Origin: a virus
Length of the DNA: 64,000 nt
Direction: 5' to 3' (one strand)
Virus record (IMG/VR): IMGVR_UViG_3300043540_000178
Span: 6,864 to 70,863 of that record
Shown: positions 55,555 to 64,000 of the stretch, piece by piece
Layout: every line of letters begins with the position of its first letter
Position numbering within the stretch: position 1 is the stretch's first letter
The notes under the pieces: generated by a model
Database searches by the model: none
What the model was told of the DNA's origin: nothing
Seen by the model: the letters and a program-made list of their open reading frames with translations, nothing else
Program-made: the position numbers and the translations under genes

Positions 55555-57264
55555 TTATTGAGGGCTTAGTACAGTAAAGTTATTTTTTGTTTCAAATGTC
55601 AACACTCGTTCAAATTTCTCATGCAATAAATCCCCTTTATGACTAATAATGAATATATTTGACTTCTCAACAGATTGAATAAGATCACTTAGTAGACTAC
55701 TACCATCACCATCAATTGCTGCATCTGCTTCATCAAGAAATAGCAAATTGGTATTTACTGCATTTCTCATTTTCGCAATGTCACGCCAGGCAAACATCAG
55801 AGCCAAGTCAATTCTTGCTGCTTGACCATCACTAAAGTTATCGTACTTAAATGTATCGCGATGTCTTGATTTAATAGTCTCGTCAAAATTCTCATCCAAA
55901 TGAAATGATACGAAGAAATCTAGCAAGGTCAAATATTTGTTTATTAGTTTATTAATAGTTGGTATATATTGCTTGATTATTTTTGTCTTTATACCACCAT
56001 CTGTTAAAACTTGAGCTACGAAATCTTGATATTGTTGTGTCAATAGCAAATCTCTTTTCTGTTTGTCCAATTCAACATATGACTTGGCAAAGTTTCTCAA
56101 TTTTTCTTTTTCATCATCAATTGACTTATTATCAGATTTCAACTCTTCAATTTGATGGCGAGCGGACTTAATCATTTTCATATTAGAAAATATTTGATTT
56201 TCTTGAGATGATATTGTTGACTGTATACTCGAAACTTTTTTCTGCAAATCTGCTTGGTGTTCAAGTTCTACTTGTAACTTTTTCACCTGCTCTAATGTTT
56301 GATTAATATCAAATTCAATTTTTGATATCTCATGTTCTGTATCTGACACAATATGTTCACGATGGGATTTCTGAATCTCTTGTGTGCAAGTAGGGCAAGT
56401 AGTAGTAGTTTCGTAGAATTTAATTTTTTCCAACCAAACATTTTTCTTTGTTTCAAGAGATTTTAACTCTTGCTTAAATGCAGCTAGTTTAGTGGAAACA
56501 TCTTTATATGTTTCAAGTGAATCAGATAAAACCTTACTAGCATTTAAGTTTGATTGCAATTCACAAGATAAAGATTCGTTTTCATTCTCTATTTTTAAAA
56601 TAAATGCTTCAATTTTATCAATCGAAATACTCTTCTCGCTTGAGAGTGTTTTAATGAATGCTTCTTGAAGTTTTGTTTTTTCTTTGATTGTTTTGAGTTC
56701 ATCATCAATTCTCCTAATATCCTCTTTAAGAGTTTTTGCTTTTTCCTTCAACAAAGAACTCATAGTTGAGAAAATTCTAATATCAAGCAAATCTTCAATG
56801 AATTCTCTACGTTCATTTGGCTTCAATTTCATAAATGGTGTATAAGAACGACCACCAATAACCACAACCTGTTTGAATGCACGAATATCCATCTTCAAAA
56901 TTTGAGATTCGAGATTTTTTTGATAATCTCGTGTACTCGACTCTTCGTTGAGGAGTTTTCCATTTTCATATATCTTGAAAATGTTGGGTTTGATTCCCCG
57001 ATGAATTTTGTATTGTTTTGGTCCAATTTCAAACTCAATTGTAACTTCAAGATTCTTGAGATTTATTGAGTTAATAAGACCTGGTTTGTTTAATGTAAAG
57101 TCCTGTCCAAACAATGCAAAACAAATTGCAGAAGTTAAGGTAGATTTACCGGAACCATTTTTACCAGTTATCAATGTTGTATTTGATCTGTCTAAGTCAA
57201 TAGTAATTGGGGCATTTCCAACAGACTTAAAATTTTTATAAGTTATTTTTTTAAAAATAATCAT
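55555..57264 (-). CDS. 46: Recombination ATPase gp46 (Rad50-like)
   Basis: KNF.SVGN, GKNGSGKST, CPTC zinc hook, FSDGQ..RIDLAL, LDE, ISH. Confidence 0.97.
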   Translation of the reverse strand: MIIFKKITYKNFKSVGNAPITIDLDRSNTTLITGKNGSGKSTLTSAICFALFGQDFTLNKPGLINSINLKNLEVTIEFEIGPKQYKIHRGIKPNIFKIYENGKLLNEESSTRDYQKNLESQILKMDIRAFKQVVVIGGRSYTPFMKLKPNERREFIEDLLDIRIFSTMSSLLKEKAKTLKEDIRRIDDELKTIKEKTKLQEAFIKTLSSEKSISIDKIEAFILKIENENESLSCELQSNLNASKVLSDSLETYKDVSTKLAAFKQELKSLETKKNVWLEKIKFYETTTTCPTCTQEIQKSHREHIVSDTEHEISKIEFDINQTLEQVKKLQVELEHQADLQKKVSSIQSTISSQENQIFSNMKMIKSARHQIEELKSDNKSIDDEKEKLRNFAKSYVELDKQKRDLLLTQQYQDFVAQVLTDGGIKTKIIKQYIPTINKLINKYLTLLDFFVSFHLDENFDETIKSRHRDTFKYDNFSDGQAARIDLALMFAWRDIAKMRNAVNTNLLFLDEADAAIDGDGSSLLSDLIQSVEKSNIFIISHKGDLLHEKFERVLTFETKNNFTVLSPQ

Positions 57265-58334
57265 TGATTTAATGCCTCAACATAAAGGTTTTTTAGCATA
57301 ACTGCAATTTTGTGTTTATTAAGTGATGTATCAACTTGATCTACAAATTGTTCAATTAAAGATGATGTATCTTCAACTTTAATATCTTCTTCCTCCAAAC
57401 ATATATCATCAAAATCTTCTATCTCATCCATTATCTTAAGTTCAATAGGACCAAGAGATGCAACCTTCTCAACAAACTTGTCAAATTGGTATGGATCAGT
57501 TTTTGATCCAACAATAATTTTAACATAACTATTTTTTACTGGGGCAGTGTCAATTGTTTTCCAGTAATCTGGGGATTGATTTTTATCGTTGTAAATCAAC
57601 TTAGCAAATAAAGATTGTGTGTTTCTCACAAAACTGTGTTTGTGCGTTTTAGTATCAAATACAGTGAATCCTTTTGGATCTGAATAATCTATCCATGTCA
57701 ACTCATAAGGAATTCCAATGTATTCAATATTACCTTTTCTGCTACGTGTGTGATAATGACCCGAAAACACAATATCAAACTTTGAAAACTCATCTGGTGT
57801 GATACCTTCAGTCATTACATGTCCTGGATGACTTTCAAAACCGCTAAACTCAAAATGACCGGCACAATATAACGCATTTGTATTTGCTATTGCATCATCA
57901 ATTTTTTGACGCTCACCAGGATAAATCCAAGGCATAATCAAAAATGGCACACCTTCAATGTCTTGTGTGATTGGTGTATCCACAATTTGAATATTAGGAT
58001 AATGAGAAAGGAATATTGTAGTTGAATTTACATCAACAGTGTTCTTGAAAACAATGTCATGATTACCCAGCAAAGTGATAAACGTAATATTCTCTTTTAG
58101 CATATAATTGAAAAATCGTTTTCTCCAATTATGCAAAATTAAATGATTAGAGAACTTTCTAGTATCAAACATATCCCCCAATTGCAAGATTGTTTTGATG
58201 TTATTTTCTTTCATATATGGAAAGAAAACCGACTCAAAATAATGTAATTGATGTTCCATAACAATTGTGCTTGCCGATCTTGCACCAATATGAATGTCAC
58301 CCAAAATAATGAATTTACTCATTGCTATCACCAC
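57261..58334 (-). CDS. 47: Recombination nuclease gp47 (Mre11-like)
   Basis: GDIHIG, LGDMFD.RK, GNHD, GHFE, SGHYH, Y.G.PY…W.D…KGF. Confidence 0.96.
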   Translation of the reverse strand: MVIAMSKFIILGDIHIGARSASTIVMEHQLHYFESVFFPYMKENNIKTILQLGDMFDTRKFSNHLILHNWRKRFFNYMLKENITFITLLGNHDIVFKNTVDVNSTTIFLSHYPNIQIVDTPITQDIEGVPFLIMPWIYPGERQKIDDAIANTNALYCAGHFEFSGFESHPGHVMTEGITPDEFSKFDIVFSGHYHTRSRKGNIEYIGIPYELTWIDYSDPKGFTVFDTKTHKHSFVRNTQSLFAKLIYNDKNQSPDYWKTIDTAPVKNSYVKIIVGSKTDPYQFDKFVEKVASLGPIELKIMDEIEDFDDICLEEEDIKVEDTSSLIEQFVDQVDTSLNKHKIAVMLKNLYVEALNQ

Positions 58335-59118
58335 AAAATGATTGAATTGAATTTTCTAATTCATCCATTGATATAATCTTAGCCAGCTTTTTCCGTTTTC
58401 TCTTAAGGGCCATTGGCTCATTGTTGATAAGATTGCAACTATGTTCCGCAATAAAATCACTTAAATGAGTCATAATATCTACATCATCAGAATCAATGCT
58501 ATCGTAAAATTCATGTATAGGAGTCTCAGATAGAATCTTTGCCTTGACATATGATTCAATCTTTTCATCATCAATTCTTCGCAAGAATGCGTTATATGAA
58601 ATAGTTGTTATATACGAAAATGGATTATTTGCTGTATGCGTTTCTATCTTTTCCACAATTGCCGAACCATTTTTCGATCTAACAATCTCACCAACTGAGA
58701 AGTCAATTCCCTTATCCATGTTCAAAGAAACCAATCCAGTCTTTCCATTTTTGTATTTTACTTTTCCGGTTAGTTTTGATTGTTCACCAACCAATTCATC
58801 CTTCACCTGAATAGTTCCTGTAAGCGGAGTCAGAATAGCTTTATGAAGTATTTTATTTGGGTTGTATTTCTTAGCAAACCTCACACAATCGTACTGAGCA
58901 TCACCAATTAAATCTTCTCTAAATGAATAATTAATAAATTCTGGACTATAAGTTAGCTTCGTCGAAATTTTTACAATCGCATCAACGATTGCAGGTGGAA
59001 TTGGTGGTTCTTCTTTCCCCAGTCGTTGAGCTTCTGCTATTTCATCGTACCACTTTATATACTCATCTTGAAGCTCTTTGTTACTTACATAGTAAGGTTT
59101 TTGTTTAGATTTAGTCAT
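58315..59118 (-). CDS. 55: Late sigma factor gp55 with an internal ~73-aa insertion
   Basis: YV.NKEL, I…L…P.FINYSFREDLI.DA, NPFSY.T.I.YNAFLRRI..EK; upstream of 47/46. Confidence 0.92.
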   Translation of the reverse strand: MTKSKQKPYYVSNKELQDEYIKWYDEIAEAQRLGKEEPPIPPAIVDAIVKISTKLTYSPEFINYSFREDLIGDAQYDCVRFAKKYNPNKILHKAILTPLTGTIQVKDELVGEQSKLTGKVKYKNGKTGLVSLNMDKGIDFSVGEIVRSKNGSAIVEKIETHTANNPFSYITTISYNAFLRRIDDEKIESYVKAKILSETPIHEFYDSIDSDDVDIMTHLSDFIAEHSCNLINNEPMALKRKRKKLAKIISMDELENSIQSFCGDSNE

Positions 59119-59628
59119 TTAATGTAATATTGTATTTTCTGGTTTAATTATATGTAATTCTTGACTCACCGAAGAAATAGATACTGAAAATTTTTCTGAG
59201 ATGAATGTTACATACTCTTGAATTTGATTATTTGATGCATCAATTAACTTTGCAAATTCAGCAGATGAGATATTATCTTTTTGGGAAGATAAGAAGAGAC
59301 GTATCCTTTTAATATATGAAAGAATTAACGAGCGAGCATAAAACTCACAATAAAAATAACTCGCCAATACAGGTTGAGATAGAATTCTATCAAATGGTAT
59401 GAAAAACATTGACTCATCAGTTAACGGATCAAATTCGGTACCAATTGCACTGATACCTTCAGGTGTATCTATGAAGGTAACTATAATAGGATTGAACATG
59501 ACCAAAAAATCATTATGATCTTCATCCAATCCCAACTCGGTTAAAATTCGTTCACCTGAAATTAACCTAATTGAGAATATATTTGATTTATTTTCTACTT
59601 GATTATCTTCTTGATTATCTTCTGTCAT
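59119..59628 (-). CDS. Hypothetical protein (possible Sm-like N-terminus)
   Basis: IRLISGERIL…NPI pattern; between uvsW and 55. Confidence 0.6.
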   Translation of the reverse strand: MTEDNQEDNQVENKSNIFSIRLISGERILTELGLDEDHNDFLVMFNPIIVTFIDTPEGISAIGTEFDPLTDESMFFIPFDRILSQPVLASYFYCEFYARSLILSYIKRIRLFLSSQKDNISSAEFAKLIDASNNQIQEYVTFISEKFSVSISSVSQELHIIKPENTILH

Positions 59629-59684
59629 TAATAAACTCCTTACACCAAATTATAATGTACTTATGCATTAATTCAAGAAAATAA

Positions 59685-61199
59685 CTATAATTTCATCTCA
59701 ACAATCTTATATTGAAACCCTTGTGTTGAGTAAATCTCTAAACGTTTAATGAAATGTAGAAATGCGTAGTTTTTCTTTTTTGTTCCTCCTGAAAAATCGT
59801 CCACAATATCAAACCATATAAATTTTGTCTTATCATCTGCTAAACGTAAACCACGACCGATAGACTGGAGTACCCTAACCAAACTCTTTGTAGGTGATGC
59901 TGCAATAATGTTATGCAAACGTTTGACATTTGTTCCAACAGCAAGAGTTCCATATGATGCAACGATGATTGCATCGTTTTCTTTCTCAACAATGGAACGT
60001 ATCTCATCACGTTCATTACCATCAACAGCACCATGAATGAAGAATACTTTTCTCTTACTATCGCCCAATGCAGTTTTTATTGAATCGTAGATAATTTTTC
60101 CATGCTTATCTACATAAGTGAATAAAACGAGTGTGTTACCCTTTGATTCTATTGCCATTTTTGTGAGTAATTGATTGCGTTTTTCATGACCACATATATA
60201 TTCCAACTCACCATGATAATCTGCATTTTTAATCAACTTTTGTTCTTCTTTATCTTGATACTTAAGGACAATACAGTTTATGTCAACATTGGAAATATGA
60301 CCTTTTTCTATCAATTCAGTCGTATGTGCTACACGCTGAACTTTTCCAAATAATCCTGTAATCACCAATTCATTAGTTTTTGCTTCACTCAATGTACCTG
60401 TCAAACCAATTCTGTATGGCACATTTGTTGACTTTTCCATTATACTCCGCAGACTATTTGCTGCGGCTTGATGTACCTCATCAACTATAATGGCATCAAA
60501 CTGATTGAACCATTTTGCATCTTGTTTATAGATAGCTTGCCATGTTGAAATAACCACCTTTTTGGTCACATCTTTTGATGCCCCTTCGGATATAGTTTGA
60601 ATGTTTCCTGTCACATCAAATCCATTTGCGTAAGAGTAATCATCAAAATCTGAATACATTTGTTTAACAAGACCAACATTTGGTGTTATCAGAAGAACAG
60701 AATTTGTGGTTTTATTTGATTTAGTAAGAATCCAATGCATGATAGAATATATCATCAAACTTTTACCAGAAGCTGTAGGTGATAGCAATGTAATACGTTT
60801 GTTTTTAATTGCGTGATATATAGCTGCAAGTTGATAATCGTGAGGTTTGATTGACTTTTTATTGGAATGAATGTCTAGTGACATCACAAACTTAAACACA
60901 TCAACTGGTGTGGCAGGGTCTTTGGATTGTAAGGTAGGATCTATAATTAAATCATAATGTCGTGAGTTGCAAAATTTCTGCAAGTTTTGAAGTAATCCAA
61001 TATACATCGTGCAAGCGGGGAGATTTAGCAGGGTTATTTTTCCATCCCATACCTTCATCTTCACTTTAGGATGATATTTTGCACCAGGAACTTCAAATGT
61101 AAAATATTCTTTAATTTCATACAGAAGTGATGAATCAGCATCCACCTCCATAAAAGTTTCATTTTTTTTCTTTACATAAATTTTTTCTTTATCCACCAT
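59685..61199 (-). CDS. uvsW: DNA helicase UvsW
   Basis: F.VPG…WDGKI, SPTASGKS, STWQ, DEVH, GLTGT, QSIGRGLR, DIVDD. Confidence 0.97.
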   Translation of the reverse strand: MVDKEKIYVKKKNETFMEVDADSSLLYEIKEYFTFEVPGAKYHPKVKMKVWDGKITLLNLPACTMYIGLLQNLQKFCNSRHYDLIIDPTLQSKDPATPVDVFKFVMSLDIHSNKKSIKPHDYQLAAIYHAIKNKRITLLSPTASGKSLMIYSIMHWILTKSNKTTNSVLLITPNVGLVKQMYSDFDDYSYANGFDVTGNIQTISEGASKDVTKKVVISTWQAIYKQDAKWFNQFDAIIVDEVHQAAANSLRSIMEKSTNVPYRIGLTGTLSEAKTNELVITGLFGKVQRVAHTTELIEKGHISNVDINCIVLKYQDKEEQKLIKNADYHGELEYICGHEKRNQLLTKMAIESKGNTLVLFTYVDKHGKIIYDSIKTALGDSKRKVFFIHGAVDGNERDEIRSIVEKENDAIIVASYGTLAVGTNVKRLHNIIAASPTKSLVRVLQSIGRGLRLADDKTKFIWFDIVDDFSGGTKKKNYAFLHFIKRLEIYSTQGFQYKIVEMKL

Positions 61200-61644
61200 T
61201 CATGTACCTATTATAATCAAGCAATGTTTTAATACTGTAGTCACGACTTGCAATTGACTTAAGTATATATTCAATGCTTGAAACGGCCGTTTTCAATTCA
61301 GCAATCTTCTCTCTAGACTTAATTAATTCAACGTCATATTCTAGGTATGCATTCATCTCACTTAGTGATGGTTTTAACCCTTGGAATTGTTCCCATCCAT
61401 ATTTCTTCAACTCTTCCTGTGTACATTCACCTCTGTAATACTTGCGTTTCAAGTTACATGCACGATAGTATAATGATTCGTATTTTGATAGTTCATTTTT
61501 GAACTGAACAAAATAATTCAAATACTTTGAATGAAGAGATGGTGTTCTGCACACTTCGACGTTTATTTGTGTTTCATCAATTGCTGATTCTGCACGCCAC
61601 TCTGCTACCACATCTTCAATGCTAATTATTGTGTTATCTGTCAT
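61189..61644 (-). CDS. uvsY: Recombination mediator UvsY
   Basis: W..ES.ID…P.LHSKYL…K.KYYRG…I..R.YSIK…GG. Confidence 0.92.
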   Translation of the reverse strand: MTDNTIISIEDVVAEWRAESAIDETQINVEVCRTPSLHSKYLNYFVQFKNELSKYESLYYRACNLKRKYYRGECTQEELKKYGWEQFQGLKPSLSEMNAYLEYDVELIKSREKIAELKTAVSSIEYILKSIASRDYSIKTLLDYNRYMNGG

Positions 61645-61831
61645 TTTTGTATGAAATAAAATAAAATATTTTCTATCCGTAATGATGCACTAATTATTTT
61701 ATTGCATTGAATATTGCTGTCAAGATTTTGACTTAAAAAAAAAAGTAGTCGAAAAACTTGATTTTTACTTGACAAACCTGTAGTATTTCGACTGTGCCTG
61801 GATGATAATTACAACAATAATGGATATTGAA

Positions 61832-61893
61832 TAAGTAATTAAGTAATTAAGTAATTAAGTAATTAAGTAATTAAGTAATTAAGTAATTAAGTA
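61832..61893. repeat. Perfect 8-bp tandem repeat (TAAGTAAT)x7.75
   Basis: Directly visible; overlaps the gene 3 stop codon. Confidence 0.97.
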
Positions 61894-62423
61894 TAAGATG
61901 AATCAACAGTAGAATATTGTCCAACATAATCTACATAATCATAATTCAAAGTCAAATTGCATTTTACGTATTCAGCCTGCGGCATAGTAGAAGCAAATTC
62001 CAATCCACCCAATTCAGTAGGCCAAGCTCCATTAAATCTTAAAGTAGGACTATTTCCTATAATCAATACAGGATTATCTGTTGTTCCGACCGATGTGCCA
62101 TTCGCTGTCATAGTTTTCATCCAATTGAAAATTTCTGACCAATTCTTCATGTATTTGTCAACAATGAAAGATACAGTAAAGGGTTCGTAATTTACTTTTT
62201 CACCGATTTCATTAGGATCAACATATCTAGTAAATTGCTTAACTTGATTGACTGTGATATTTGGCAAAGTGATTGTCTGTAATGCAAATTGTGTATTTGG
62301 TAATCGCGGAAAATACATCCTACAATCCTGAACTAATAGAGCATCAAGAATTGTAGGTGTACCATCACCCATCAATGCATTGCCTATATTGACATTTGGA
62401 TTTAATGTAATAATATCAGTCAT
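61887..62423 (-). CDS. 3: Tail completion protein gp3-like
   Basis: P…F..Q…LP.I…GEK..Y.P..V.F.VD..M.NW.EI..WM, F..AWP..LG…F; T4-like synteny with uvsY. Confidence 0.8.
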   Translation of the reverse strand: MTDIITLNPNVNIGNALMGDGTPTILDALLVQDCRMYFPRLPNTQFALQTITLPNITVNQVKQFTRYVDPNEIGEKVNYEPFTVSFIVDKYMKNWSEIFNWMKTMTANGTSVGTTDNPVLIIGNSPTLRFNGAWPTELGGLEFASTMPQAEYVKCNLTLNYDYVDYVGQYSTVDSSYT

Positions 62424-62728
62424 GATTTTTCAACATCTCTATTAACTGTTGAATCCGCTGTAAAACCTGTCGTAAAGGCTAACATAACAAACGAACCAAA
62501 TTGATTAGGCACTTGATTGTTAAAAATCACTGTGATTAATGCCCCTATTGTTGTTAACACTGCTAACACAGATCTTTTTTTATTGTTTCTGAAGAGATAA
62601 TCTATTATATTTCCACTAAGTTCATTTGCATAATATTTTTTAATTGCATGAGCCAGCATCCCTAATAATCCAATTACTATGAACAATGCATTATCTTCTG
62701 ATAGATATTGTACAAATTGTTCAAACAT
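62420..62728 (-). CDS. Three-TM membrane protein, holin-like
   Basis: Three hydrophobic helices, charged C-terminus, preceded by CATAAATA. Confidence 0.55.
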   Translation of the reverse strand: MFEQFVQYLSEDNALFIVIGLLGMLAHAIKKYYANELSGNIIDYLFRNNKKRSVLAVLTTIGALITVIFNNQVPNQFGSFVMLAFTTGFTADSTVNRDVEKS

Positions 62729-62761
62729 GAAGTTCTCCTTTAATGTATTCTATTTATGCGA

Positions 62762-62795
62762 AACAAAAGCCCAGTTTTTAGGCTGGGCTTTTGTT
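62762..62795 (-). terminator. Intrinsic terminator after gene 23
   Basis: AACAAAAGCCCAG…CTGGGCTTTTGTT, 13-bp stem. Confidence 0.88.
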
Positions 62796-62814
62796 ATTTC
62801 TTACAAATTACATA

Positions 62815-64000
62815 TTAAGAAAGATTTGTAATTCTCATCAAACGATAATAGTAATTTGATTGAGCATTTAGACCAAATGCACCAGCACCTGAATCACTTG
62901 CATTCGCACCGTTCAATGGATTACCTGCTAGACCATAACGTGTCTTGAATGCAATACGAGGTTGGAATGTAGTTGGGTCAATTGCCTTGTACATTGTCAA
63001 TGGAACATATGGGCAGTAGAACATACCTGCATCAAATGCACTAGATCCTTTGTAACCAACCAAAGCGAACTGGTTAGCATCACCATTAGACATGTATGGA
63101 TCAATGTACACTTTGTACTTACCATTCAACACACCAGCAAATGTCGATCCAGTATCATCAACTGCAAGAGATTCTGAACCACCTAGACCACCAATGTCCA
63201 ACTTACCAGCCATTGCTAGAGCAGATGCAACGTCTGCAGAGCAAAGGATGAAGTTAGCACGACCACGACGTGTTGTTTGTGCAACACGGTTAGCTTCACG
63301 CTCAATTTGGAACATCAAACCTTTGAAACGTTCAACGGACCAACGACCATTTGCATCAACATCAAGGTCAAATGTACCTGCAGTTGCGGTGTTTGTTTGA
63401 GCACCAGTCACGGCAACTGTGTATAGGTTACGAACAACTTCACGGTTGATTTCTGTGATAACTTCGTTAGACAGCAAGTTGCTCAATTCGCTTTCTGCAT
63501 CAAGACCATGTACAGCTTTCAAGTCTTGAGCCAACTCAACAGTGTAACCAGCCTTCAATGCACGCTCTTTAGCTGTAACTGTTTGCTTTTCTATTGTGAA
63601 TGTCATTTCGTCTAGTGTTGTTGCACCACCGAAATCTTCACCTTGTGATGTTGTAACACCACCTGCACGAGTCATTGTTGCTGGGTTTGTCCAAGGTAAC
63701 ACACCACCTGTTCCATCAACAGGAGAAGTACCAACTTGCGCACCTGGATTACCAGCTGAGAAACCTGTATCGGCTTCATTGAACAATGCTTCTGTGCCTG
63801 TGCTGTTTGTGTAACGGCTACGAAGAGCAAATACCAAACCTGTTGGCATTGTCATTGGTTGAACACCAATCAAGTCGAAAGCAATAAGTTTTGGAAGCGC
63901 ACGACGAATTAGACCAATTAATACTGGATCATAATTGCTTACGTTAGCAGTGCTAGATGCTGGCACAGCTTCATTAATTGAACGCTGCTCAGACAGAGCA
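62815..64000 (-). CDS. 23: Major capsid protein gp23 (5' end outside the window)
   Basis: DPVLI.L.RR..P.LIA.D..GVQPM..PTG.VFA.R, EM.F.IEK..V.AK.RALKA.Y..ELAQDLKAVHGLDAE.EL, FQP.I.FKTRYG. Confidence 0.98.
   Translation of the reverse strand, partial: ALSEQRSINEAVPASSTANVSNYDPVLIGLIRRALPKLIAFDLIGVQPMTMPTGLVFALRSRYTNSTGTEALFNEADTGFSAGNPGAQVGTSPVDGTGGVLPWTNPATMTRAGGVTTSQGEDFGGATTLDEMTFTIEKQTVTAKERALKAGYTVELAQDLKAVHGLDAESELSNLLSNEVITEINREVVRNLYTVAVTGAQTNTATAGTFDLDVDANGRWSVERFKGLMFQIEREANRVAQTTRRGRANFILCSADVASALAMAGKLDIGGLGGSESLAVDDTGSTFAGVLNGKYKVYIDPYMSNGDANQFALVGYKGSSAFDAGMFYCPYVPLTMYKAIDPTTFQPRIAFKTRYGLAGNPLNGANASDSGAGAFGLNAQSNYYYRLMRITNLS

Noticed and set aside
58633-58851. gp55 insertion as an intein or intron
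   Set aside because: No N-terminal C/S block and no His-Asn followed by C/S/T. It is too short, stays in frame and shows no group I core.
649-63814. Numerous plus-strand and alternate-frame ORFs in the track (e.g. 3461..3862, 26612..27055, 54479..55168, 27688..28305)
   Set aside because: They are antisense or frameshifted shadows of well-supported minus-strand genes, with no SD or recognisable motifs. The 27688 ORF stays open because of the 33-bp repeat.

Overview
A 64-kb AT-rich segment of a large lytic T4-like myophage. Almost all genes are on the minus strand. It contains the T4 core replication, recombination and late-transcription set (genes 32, 59, 33, rnh, dsbA, 61, 41, 40, uvsX, 43, 30, regA, 62, 44, 45, rIIA/B, 46, 47, 55, uvsW, uvsY, 3 and a 5'-truncated 23). 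It also carries nucleotide-metabolism genes (nrdAB, thyX, dCMP deaminase, several nucleotide hydrolases), an RNA-repair set (Rnl1, PNK/PseT, a second RNA ligase) and 11 tRNA genes. The strongest candidate for an undescribed system is a tightly coupled six-gene operon at 17079-22043: folE, a TGT/DpdA-like transglycosylase, a PAPS-reductase-fold PP-loop enzyme, a PIG-L deacetylase fused to a DpdL-like T-fold domain, a small unknown protein and a GT4-type glycosyltransferase. queD and queE (next to a phosphoribosyltransferase) lie elsewhere, and no queC is visible in the window. This suggests, by inference only, a sugar-decorated 7-deazaguanine DNA hypermodification. Immediately downstream is a ~315-nt highly structured non-coding element. 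Other notable signals: seven early promoters with an IHF-like box exactly 10 nt upstream of the -35, a ~73-aa domain inserted in gp55, a Thr tRNA with a long variable arm, and a 23-bp direct repeat flanking an inserted repeat-protein gene. All product calls come from motif recognition by eye, not database searches.
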